From an uncultured Acidobacteriota bacterium (GTDB taxonomy: Bacteria; Acidobacteriota; UBA6911), in contig CAWHCF010000020.1 of NCBI GenBank assembly GCA_963827655.1, positions 224,001-288,000 on the forward strand: a DNA stretch of 64,000 nucleotides, written 5' to 3'. Below the pieces are notes generated by a model that saw only the letters and a list, made by a program, of their open reading frames with translations, was not told where the DNA came from and searched no databases. The position numbers and the translations under genes are program-made. Shown here piece after piece: positions 53,966 through 63,139 of this stretch; within the stretch, counting starts at the first letter, position 1; every line of letters starts with the position of its first letter.

Positions 53966-54055
53966 CGATTGACGATTGACGATTGACGATTGACGATTGG
54001 AGATGAACTAGTGACCAGGCTTCAATCGTCAATCGTCAATCGGAAATCGTCAATT
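53965..54055. repeat. Inverted heptamer arrays (ACGATTG)x5 / (CAATCGT)x4-5
   Basis: Direct reading; 23-nt loop contains GGAG and GTG 54011. Confidence 0.9.
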
Positions 54056-55341
54056 CTCTTGCTCCTCACCGCCCTGACTCTCTCCGGCCTGCGCAGGAAG
54101 AGTGGTTGGCCGTCGAGGGCGGAACGCTGTTTGACGGCACCGGCGCGGTCCGCCAGGATCAGTCGATTCTGGTCCGCGGCCAGGAAATCCAGGAAGTAGC
54201 TCCCCTCGCTCAAGCAGGACCTCCCAAGAATGCGCGGCGGTTCGACGCTCGGGGCAAGTTCATCTTGCCCGGTCTTATCGATGTTCATTTCCACTTCAAC
54301 GTCCGCATCGATCCCAAGATCTCTCCCTGGTTGCCGCTTCACTTTCTCGCCAACGGTGTCACTACCTTGCGGGAGATGGGCAACTGGATTGTGGAGGAAA
54401 ACCAGCGCTGGTTGGACGAGATTCAAGCGCGAGGCCTCCCGGTTCCGCGGCTCCTGTACACGGGTCCGGTGCTCGACGGCGCCAACTCGTTGATCCCTGC
54501 TCAATCCCTGGTTCTTCTCGATGAGATGGATGCCCGGCGCGAGGCCAACCGGCTGCTTGATCAGGGAGCGTCTTCTCTGAAAGTATATTCGCGGCTGCCT
54601 CTGAACCTGGTCCGGGTCGTCATCGAAGAGGCCCATCGCCGGGGCCGGCCCGTCCACAGTCACCTCGGAATCGTGGACCCGCGCGACGCGATCGCGGCCG
54701 GTCTCGACGGCATTGAGCACGCGACCAGTCTGTGCCGGATCTTTCTCTCTCCGCGCGAATCCGAGGCTTTCCGGCAGGCGTCACTCAAGGAGGGAAACCC
54801 GGGCAGCATGCGGATCTGGACCAGGGCGGACCCGGCAGGACCGGAGGCCACTGCGCTGATTGAGCTGATGCTGCGCCACAAGGTTAATCTCGATTCCACT
54901 CTCGCCCTGCATGAAGCGCGGCGTGAAGCCCGGGATGAAGACCGGGTCAAAGCCGTCCGGAACATGGCGGACTTTACGGTGCGCTATCATCGGGCCGGGG
55001 GTTCGGTCACAATCGGATCCCATGGCAAAGTCCCGAATGCTCCGCCCGGGCTGGGATTTCACCGCGAACTCGAAATGCACGTCGAAGCGGGGATGTCGCC
55101 GTCGGATGCCCTTCAGGCAGCGACCCGAGTGGGGGCCCGGGCGCTGCGACTCGAGGACCGGGGCGTGATCGCCAAGGGGAAACTGGCCGATCTCGTCATC
55201 CTCGATGGCAATCCGCTGCAGGATATTTCGAATCTCCGGCGTGTTCACGCGGTGATTCTTGGCGGCAAGATTCTCGACCGCGACGCCCTGTTTGCGTCCC
55301 GCGAGATCCTGACCGGAACTGGCGAGAAACCGGAGAAATGA
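54011..55341 (+). CDS. Amidohydrolase family protein; frameshift near 54090
   Basis: PGLIDVHFH, GVTTLREMG, GIEH and GKLADLVILDGNPLQDI motifs. Confidence 0.88.
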
Positions 55342-55422
55342 TAAACTTCGATCTCTGAAGATGCCTTGTTCTCATCTCAAGAGAATGTCATGCAGCAGTT
55401 GCTGCAGCTCGGCTTCTACCCG

Positions 55423-55659
55423 CTAGCGGAGTTTTTCAAGACTCATCCATCGCTTGCTTTGGGTTGCGCGATCAAACAGCTCCCAGAAGCGTTTATTGCC
55501 GGATAATAAGAGCGTTTCCACATCGGTGCCTTCATCGAGTGCGATCAACAGGGCTGTCCCTTTTCCATTTCTTGTGATGAGAACCGGTCCGGTATCCGGC
55601 AGTTCCTCAATGACGCGGCTAAGGTTGTTCTTAACTTCCCTCAAACTCTCGACTTTCAT
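55423..55659 (-). CDS. Phd/YefM-family antitoxin
   Basis: SLREVKNNLSRVIE...GPVLITRNGK. Confidence 0.9.
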   Translation of the reverse strand: MKVESLREVKNNLSRVIEELPDTGPVLITRNGKGTALLIALDEGTDVETLLLSGNKRFWELFDRATQSKRWMSLEKLR

Positions 55660-55949
55660 AACATGAAATCCTCTCCCCCTATGAGCAGCTTATCGCCACG
55701 CTTCTCACCGATCAGTATGACTTCGACGCGCTCATCCTGTACCCGATAGAAAATTCGCCAACGATCTAAACGCAGCTCGTATTCGGCGAACGGTGAAGCA
55801 CGCCTCAGACGGAATTTGTTTCGTGACTGTTGCCTAGGATCGGCGTCCGCCAGATGTTGTCGAATGCCTTCCTTGATTGAAGCGCGAACCGATTTCGGAA
55901 GTTTCGAGAACAAACGTACCGCTTCATCGGCGAAGACGACCTCGTTCAC
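55656..55949 (-). CDS. RelE/ParE-family toxin, located upstream of its antitoxin
   Basis: YELRLDRWRIFYRV...VILIGEKR; 4-nt overlap. Confidence 0.85.
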   Translation of the reverse strand: MNEVVFADEAVRLFSKLPKSVRASIKEGIRQHLADADPRQQSRNKFRLRRASPFAEYELRLDRWRIFYRVQDERVEVILIGEKRGDKLLIGGEDFML

Positions 55950-55956
55950 AGATTAG

Positions 55957-55978
55957 AATGTAGCATAATTGTGCTACA
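55957..55978 (-). promoter_or_regulatory. Operator/leaderless promoter of TA pair 3
   Basis: TGTAGCA-N6-TGCTACA palindrome; extended -10 TGcTACATT ends 7 nt before GTG 55949. Confidence 0.65.
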
Positions 55979-56003
55979 GGCCGCCAAGTGTGATTGTTGG
56001 CGT

Positions 56004-56110
56004 ACAAGGTTTCCCGGGAAGGTCGTCGGCACCCCGGGCTACATGTCGTCTGAACAAGTCCGCTGCTCCAGGCCGACCACCGAACCATGTTTGCCTTCGG
56101 CGCCATCCTG
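56004..56110 (+). pseudogene. Ser/Thr protein kinase remnant (subdomains VIII-IX)
   Basis: PGKVVGTPGYMSSEQVR, then in a shifted frame ADHRTMFAFGAIL. Confidence 0.7.
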
Positions 56111-56142
56111 GCCAACTCCGGGGTCCGTCCTTGCCGCTGCAA

Positions 56143-56156
56143 GTGAACATGTTCCC
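56143..56156. promoter_or_regulatory. Operator GTGAACATGTTCCC
   Basis: 8 bp upstream of TTGACT (56165) before the TBDR at 56229. Confidence 0.7.
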
Positions 56157-56228
56157 AATTTAGGTTGACTCCCGCGAATTCTCTATGAAAATATCCCGGC
56201 ATTAACAACCTTTCTTCCAGGTGAAACT

Positions 56229-59200
56229 ATGGCTATTTCCCGTGTCTTCCGTCTTAGTCATCGGTTTTTGCTCCTGGGCGCGCTGGTCAGCGCAAGCGGT
56301 CCTTTCCTTTCGGGTCAGATTGACACCGCCACGATGTCCGGTCGTGTAACCGACAATACCGGCGCGGTCGTCCCCGGAGCGAGCGTCAAGATTGCCCATC
56401 TGGCGACGGGTCGCGAGCGGGATTCAGTCACGAATGAGCTGGGCGAGTTCTGGGTGCCTGCGCTGCCGGTGGGTACCTATAAAGTCACGGTGACGATGCC
56501 CGGTTTCAAACAGTTCGTTCAGGAGGGCATCGTCCTGGAGGTCAACCGTGTCGCCCGGCTCAATCTGCGGCTCGACGTTGGTCAGCTGAGTGAGAACGTG
56601 GTGGTCACCGGCGATGCTCCGCTGGTCGAGACTACCCAGAGTACCGTCAGCAAAGTCGTCGACAGCGCTCAGATCCTCGAGCTGCCGTTGAACGGCCGCA
56701 ACACCGCGGAACTGGTCCAACTGGTTCCGGGAGTGACCTCATTTGGCGCGGCCTCCAGCCTCGGCTACGTCGAGTACCGCGTCAGTACCGGGGGCGCCGA
56801 TGCCTTCAATACCCAGTTCCTCATCGATGGCGGGACCAATACCTCGGCGTTCCGGAATACCGGCGACGTCCTCCCGAATCCAGACGCGGTCGCCGAATTC
56901 CGCCTCATCCGCAACATGACCGCGGAGTACGGAAGACTGGGGGGCGCCGTCGTCAATACCATCACGCGTTCCGGCACCAACGCCCTGCACGCGACTCTGT
57001 TCTCGTTCCATCGTAACCGGGCGCTGAACGCCCGCGAATGGCACCGTCCGGACAAGAGCCCCCTGGTCCAGAACCAGTTCGGAGGTTCCGTGGGTGGGCC
57101 GATTGTGCGGGATCGAACCTTTTTCTTCGCGACCTATCAACAGCTCGAGCGCAGGACGGCCGCATTTGACAATTCCGCGGTGGTGCCTACGGCGCTGGAG
57201 CGTCAGGGTGATTTCTCGCAGTCCAGGATCAAGCCAAGAAACCCGCAGACCGGTCAGCCTTACCCGGGAGATATCATTCCGCCATCGCAGTTTGACCCGG
57301 TCTCGAAGAATGTCCTGGATCAATACGTTCCGCTCGCCAACACCGCCGACGGACGTGCTGCGGTTCAGCGGCCTGTGGCTAACGATGACAACCAGCTGCT
57401 GGTCAAGATCGATCACGACTTCAGCTCATCTCATCGGGTGGCCTTTAACTATCTCCTCGGTAACAACTACGATCCGACGCCGCTGGCGGGTAACCTTCCT
57501 TACGGAACCCAGATCTTCGACGGGCGGCAGCAGAACATCGGGGTCAGCGAGACCTGGACCGCCAGTCCGACGCTGATCAACAGCTTGCGACTCGGTTACC
57601 TGCGGACCGTGGGCCAGCGATTCATTGAGCCCGCGATCTCGTTGAAGGACCTGGGCGGGAAATGGGAGACCGACGGATTTTCTTTTCCGCCCGAGATCAA
57701 CGTGATCGGGTATTTCTGGCTGCGCACCCGTTTTCTGGGTCCCACTTACGACAACAGTTATCAGTTCATTGACACGGCGAACTGGCTTCGAGGCCGTCAC
57801 AACCTGAAGCTAGGAGGGGAAATCATCCACAATCGCGGATCGAACTACTCCGGACTGTGGAGCAACGGCTGGTTCGATTTCAACGGGGGATTCACCGGCA
57901 ACGCCCTGAGCGATTATCTGATCGGCCGGGCCTCGAATCTTATAGTGTCGAGCGTCAATCGCGCCATCGGGCATGTTTCCTACTACGCTCTCTTTGCCCA
58001 GGATGACTTTCGCGTCACGCCCAGGCTGATGCTGAACCTCGGCTTGCGCTATGAGATCTTTACCCCGTCGATCGATCCGCACGACCGCATGAGCACCTAC
58101 ATCCCCGGACATCAGAGCAACACCGTGCCAAGCGCCCCTCCGGGAATCGCTTTCTTTGGAGAGCCGGGAGTGCCAGGCAAACTGCGAAACTACGACAAGG
58201 ACAACTTCGGGCCGCGGATCGGGCTGGCTTACGATCTCTTCGGCGACGGCCGGACCGCCGTCCGGGCTGGTTACGGAGTCAGTTACAGCGCGTCCACCAT
58301 CAACGCCCAGAGCAACAACACTCCGCCTTACAGCTTCAACACCAACTATTTCGGAGTTCAGCTCAGCGACCCGTGGAAGGACGCCAATAACGGAGTCTCG
58401 CTCTTGCCTTTTCAGTTCGACCCGCAGAATCCAGTGTTTTTCTATCCGAGCAGCATCGGGTTCGTCGACCAGGACTGGCACGAGCCCTATTTCCACCAGG
58501 TAAACCTGACTCTCCAGCAACAGTTGGGCCCGAGCCACGTCATCGAAGTCGGCTATTTCGGAAACATGGGACGCAAGCTGCGGTCGCAGCTGGACATTAA
58601 CGAGCCCAGGTACGTTCCAGGCAGCTCGACTGCCGGCAACGTCCAGGCCCGGCGCCCCACTCTCCCTCAGTTTTACTCCAATCTGAACATGAACTCGAAC
58701 CAGGCCAGGACCGACTACCACTCGATGCAGGCGTCGGTCAAAAGGCGTTTCTCCGCCGGTGTCACATTTGACGCGAGTTATGTGCTGAGCAAGGAGACCG
58801 AGTTGCCCCAGGGCGCGCCGGTTACCGTGTATGATTTCGGGCTGGAGTACGGGCGCAGCATCGTTGACGCGCGCCACCGGTTCATCAGTTCATTCATCTG
58901 GGAACCGCTCTGGGCCAGTCAGCTATCGGGTTTTGCCAGGCATGTCCTGCATGGATGGCAGTTCAGCGGCATCGTCAATCTTCAGAGCGGAATGCCGTTT
59001 ACCGTTACTGCAGGGTCGGACGTGAACCTGAACGGCGTCAACAATGACCGCCCGAACGTCAGCCGTGATGCCCAGCTCGATCCCAACCGGCCGCGCGACG
59101 AAGTCGTCCTGCAATGGTTCGACACGGCTGCCTTCAGCCAGCCGGCCGCCGGTCAAATCGGCACGACGGGACGGAACACTCTGGACCGTCCTGGCTTCAA

Positions 59201-59405
59201 GAACATCGATCTGGGGATCAATCGCAATTTCCGGATCGGACCTCACCGGCTGCAGTTCCGCAGTGAATGGTTCAACACTTTTAATTGGGTCAATTTGAGC
59301 GCTCCTGTCTCCAACATACGGTCCGCGACAGCCGGGCGGATTCTTACGGCCTCAAGTGCCCGCGTGATCCAGTTCGGGCTGAAATTCTTCCTCTTTGCTG
59401 ACTGA
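56229..59405 (+). CDS. TonB-dependent receptor (Oar-like)
   Basis: 1058 aa; LPLNGRN, QDDFRV, GPRIGLAYD and IQFGLKF motifs. Confidence 0.93.
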   Translation: MAISRVFRLSHRFLLLGALVSASGPFLSGQIDTATMSGRVTDNTGAVVPGASVKIAHLATGRERDSVTNELGEFWVPALPVGTYKVTVTMPGFKQFVQEGIVLEVNRVARLNLRLDVGQLSENVVVTGDAPLVETTQSTVSKVVDSAQILELPLNGRNTAELVQLVPGVTSFGAASSLGYVEYRVSTGGADAFNTQFLIDGGTNTSAFRNTGDVLPNPDAVAEFRLIRNMTAEYGRLGGAVVNTITRSGTNALHATLFSFHRNRALNAREWHRPDKSPLVQNQFGGSVGGPIVRDRTFFFATYQQLERRTAAFDNSAVVPTALERQGDFSQSRIKPRNPQTGQPYPGDIIPPSQFDPVSKNVLDQYVPLANTADGRAAVQRPVANDDNQLLVKIDHDFSSSHRVAFNYLLGNNYDPTPLAGNLPYGTQIFDGRQQNIGVSETWTASPTLINSLRLGYLRTVGQRFIEPAISLKDLGGKWETDGFSFPPEINVIGYFWLRTRFLGPTYDNSYQFIDTANWLRGRHNLKLGGEIIHNRGSNYSGLWSNGWFDFNGGFTGNALSDYLIGRASNLIVSSVNRAIGHVSYYALFAQDDFRVTPRLMLNLGLRYEIFTPSIDPHDRMSTYIPGHQSNTVPSAPPGIAFFGEPGVPGKLRNYDKDNFGPRIGLAYDLFGDGRTAVRAGYGVSYSASTINAQSNNTPPYSFNTNYFGVQLSDPWKDANNGVSLLPFQFDPQNPVFFYPSSIGFVDQDWHEPYFHQVNLTLQQQLGPSHVIEVGYFGNMGRKLRSQLDINEPRYVPGSSTAGNVQARRPTLPQFYSNLNMNSNQARTDYHSMQASVKRRFSAGVTFDASYVLSKETELPQGAPVTVYDFGLEYGRSIVDARHRFISSFIWEPLWASQLSGFARHVLHGWQFSGIVNLQSGMPFTVTAGSDVNLNGVNNDRPNVSRDAQLDPNRPRDEVVLQWFDTAAFSQPAAGQIGTTGRNTLDRPGFKNIDLGINRNFRIGPHRLQFRSEWFNTFNWVNLSAPVSNIRSATAGRILTASSARVIQFGLKFFLFAD

Positions 59406-59418
59406 CTACGCTGTTCGC

Positions 59419-59697
59419 AATTACGGTGACGTGTTTTGGCAGTTGAGGCCTGAAGGGCCGACAGAGCGTAGCCGGCCGTAAGGCCGGGATTAGACGTGCA
59501 TTAAGGACGTGCATTAAGGCGTGCATTAAGAAGGAGCGCCGAAGGTGCGACACAGCCGGAGTGCCGGTCCTTCGGACCTCGTGTCAGAGGCGTCTTGAAA
59601 ACCCCGCCCTGACGGGCGGGGCTACTCACTGACGGGCCTTCGGCCCTGCGACAACACAGCCGACTCCCGTGGCTCTGCGAAATACGTCACCGTATTT
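59419..59697. mobile_element. MITE/REP-like family B, about 279 bp
   Basis: About 18-bp TIR AA(T/A)TACGGTGACGT(G/A)TTT; internal GC hairpins (ccggccgtaaggccgg, ccccgccctgacgggcgggg); triple GACGTGCATTAAG. Confidence 0.8.
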
Positions 59698-59761
59698 ATG
59701 AACCAGCCAACAACTAATCGGTTTTTTTCGCGCTCCCTCGCGCCTTCGGGTCTCTGTGGTT

Positions 59762-59775
59762 TGGAACACGTTCCA
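59762..59775. promoter_or_regulatory. Operator TGGAACACGTTCCA
   Basis: 45 bp upstream of ATG 59821. Confidence 0.7.
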
Positions 59776-59820
59776 CGAGGAGCTTGCCGGGCCGCGGGGA
59801 CTTTGCTATTTTGGGATCCA

Positions 59821-62800
59821 ATGCAGACAAGATGGATTCTGGCGATCGTGTTGGCCGCCACACCGGGGGTGTTCTCTCTCACGACACCCCAGTCGGCCGA
59901 GGCTCCGATCTGGCTCTTCGATATGGGAACGGAAAGTTCACCTGTGGCCGACGGGTACATCCGAATCACGCCGGAATCACTGTTTTCAGCCCAGAAAGGA
60001 TACGGGTGGAAGAGCACCGGGCAGGCTGGATTTGACGTCGAGCGTCCGGCCAAGGATCCTGCATGGGACGGTCCCAGCGCCCAGCTCATCCCGCAGGAAT
60101 TTGTCATCTACAAGGAGCACGACAATCTCACCCGCGACGGTGTTCGGAACAAAGACGATCTTGTCTTTCAGGCGAACCTCCCGAACGGCAGATACAGAGT
60201 CGCCGTCACGCTTGGGAAACCTGGCGCAGCCGATCTGCTCGCAGCAGGTCTACGTCAATGACGAGCTCGTGGCGTCCGATATCGATGCCAGGCATCTCGC
60301 GCAGCGCGGCGAGGCTGACAACCAGTACGGCTTTCCGCGAAAGGTGAGGGCGGTAGCCACCGTCAAAGACGGCTCGGTCCGGATTCGCATCCACGGAGAT
60401 GACAGCGGATTTCGCGCTCGGTTCTTGAAGGAGTTCGAGAAACCGATCCCCGTCAGCTATCTTACCGGCGCTCCGTTCCGGATGCGAAAGCCGGAACATC
60501 CCGATCTAGCCGCCTGGGGCGCTTCCCGGACCAGAGGTGAACCAGGCCAGGTCTGGGTGTGGGAAGACATCGGAGGGCCTTTCACAGAGAACTCGGTGAT
60601 GGCGGTCGAGATCTATCCTTTCGTCGAACCGCCGCTCTGGCGCAAGGATGGGAAGTTAACAGCCACAATACCGGATAGCGCTCTTCAGCGAGGGGCGGAC
60701 CTGTTCAACGCGGGACGCTTTGCCGAATCGGAGAAGGCTTTTGAAGCTGCCGGCGGCGAGTATGCCCGCGCTCTTGGCTACCTCTGGCTTGCAGGGAGGC
60801 CCGAGTATGAAGAAGAGCAACGCCTGGTTCCGGCGGCGCTCAAGCTTTTGGAGACGGCGGCTCCTCAGAAGAAGGACGACCGGATGTTCGCCGAGATCTT
60901 AGAAAACGCCCGGCGCATGAACCAGGCCATTTACCGGTTCGTGCACCGCGCCGATCGCCAGCGGACGTATAACGAGCTTCTCCTGATTTCGGGTGAAGTC
61001 GCCTCCATGCAGCCCGAGGATCCGACCTACTACAAAGGACTCATTTACGCAGGTCGCGGCCTCTACATGATCATTCCGCATCGCTGGACCTTTGCCGCGG
61101 GCGCAGGCCGGCAGTTGTTCGAGAAGCTGAAGGCCGCTGGATTTGCCGATAACCGTTTTGTCCGATGGTACCTCGACGACCGCTGGACGGAACACAAACC
61201 GGACTGGGTCTTTCCTGATTACAGCGCCGGGAAGCAGGGCGCGCCGCCATGGGCCGCGGAAGTCTACGAAGCCTTCAACCGGGAGCTGGATCTCGCCGAA
61301 TGGTGGATCCGGAACCGCCAGGCGGCCGATGGCTCGCTGGGCGGCGGCTGGGGGGATGACGTCGAGATCCTGCGCACTTTCGGGACCTCTCTCATTATCT
61401 GTCCCGACAGCAGTCCTCTGACGCTTGACGGCGTGCGCAAGCTGGCCAACGGCGCCTGGGACAGCGGTTCCATTGACCGGGAGGCGGGTTATTTCGCGAG
61501 CGTCAGCGACACCGAGCATTCAGGCGAGTGGACCGCCGACACACTGACCGCGATGGTGCGCATCGACTACGGTAATCCTGTCTATGTCGAACGAGGACTC
61601 AAGACGGCGCGTCTCATGCGCGACCTGTGGATGGACTCTAATCGGTAACGGCCATTTTCTGATGAGGTCAAACTTTCTCGGCGCCACCGGCATCGGGATG
61701 GAGCCGACCCGGAATGATTCACGGATTAACTATCGTCCGGCAGCGCCTGCGCGCGCGGTATTCGAATACAATAATCTGCCGACACTGAAACAACTCTTCG
61801 TTCGATGGGCCGATTCCTGGCTGGCTGTCTCGCTTTCAACGGATCGTGGAAAGCCTCGAGGGATCATTCCGCAGGAGATCGGCTTTGAAGACAGCCGCGT
61901 CGGAGGAATTCAGTCTCCCAACTGGTATACCGCCGACCATGGTCCCGGGACCGTGAACTATGACTGGGAAGGGGCGGGCGGGTACCATGACGCTATAGTC
62001 GATCTCCTCCTTCTGGCTTATCGAGCGACGGGTGAGCGGAAGTATCTCGAACCGATGGACCTGGAGGCCGCGTTTGTCCGCCAGCATTGCCCGAAGGAGT
62101 TGTTGAATTCGAATGCCAATCAAGCTCAAAACTCCGGCATTCGGCTCACTCCGGGGAGCGCCGAATGGATCGCCTCAAAACTGGCGCCCTGGCCCAAGCA
62201 ATGGGACGCCACCCGGCGAATTCTCTTTCCTCAGGAATTACCGGAGCAGGGGGATCTATGGGATCTGGCTGCGGTCGCCCGAATGGCCGTGGACGCGAAT
62301 GAAGGGGCCAGAAGGCGGTGGCCGCATGTCACGGCAGAGTGTATCGCTACGGATCGGGTCTACTGGCCGGGCCTGGGGAACGCGCGCCGGATCATGTCGG
62401 GATTCGGGGTTCTCGGTTTCGATCCGCTTGTGACTTACCGCGGACTCGGGCGAGATTTCGCGGCGGCGCTGCTCGCTGCTCACGCGGCCGGCATTCGCGT
62501 CGCCATTTTCAATATTTCGCCCGAGACTCGAAACGCTGCCGTGGTTCCATGGATTCTGGATCTGGGGGCGGAGTACCTTTTCAGGCTGGGTTCTGACGAA
62601 AACCATGACGGCAAAATGGACCGCGTAGTCTCCGAGCAGACGGTCCGGCTCGAGCATCGCGGCCAGGAGGTCGCGTTTCGCCTGCCGGGACGCACCCAGT
62701 ACGTAGTCGAGATGAAGAGAACCGCGCAGAGTGAAGCTCCCGGGCTGTCTGCGGATCTTGCCCTGTCGAGCGACGACATCCAATACCTTCCCGAGTACAC

Positions 62801-63095
62801 CAGGGTCGACGTCACTGTCCACAACCTGGGGAGTGAGCCGGCCCGGGGGATCTCGGTGACGTTGTACGACGGAGACCGGGAAATTGGCCGCCAGCGAATT
62901 CCCGGGATAGAGGCCCCGCTCGGTTTTGATCCGAAGACCGTGCGGGTAGGTTTCCGTTTTACGCCCGCGCGTGCGAGCCATACATTCAAAGTCGTAGTCG
63001 ACAGCGCGGCGCCCGAAATCACGAAGCGGAATAACACCATTGTTGTGGAGCGCGCCACCCCGAGCGCTCCGCCCAAGCAGCATGCGACTCCGTGA
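59821..63095 (+). CDS. Large secreted hypothetical protein (CBM-like N-terminus, helical core, CARDB-like C-terminus); frameshifts near 60215 and 61645
   Basis: FDMGTESSPV..GYGW; GGGWGDDVE; ADLAL...VTVHNLG. Confidence 0.75.
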
Positions 63096-63139
63096 TTCGT
63101 TGCGCCTGGCGTATTGATTGTGAAAAGGAGGTGGCGGGA

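Noticed and set aside
31384-59775. Operator interpreted as a LexA box
   Set aside because: The spacing is GAAC-N2-GTTC rather than N4, and the targets are not DNA-repair genes.
170-61650. About 15 frameshifts read as programmed frameshifting or mass pseudogenisation
   Set aside because: They are scattered single-base indels in otherwise intact genes with no shared slippery motif; long-read consensus error is the most likely cause (check by polishing).
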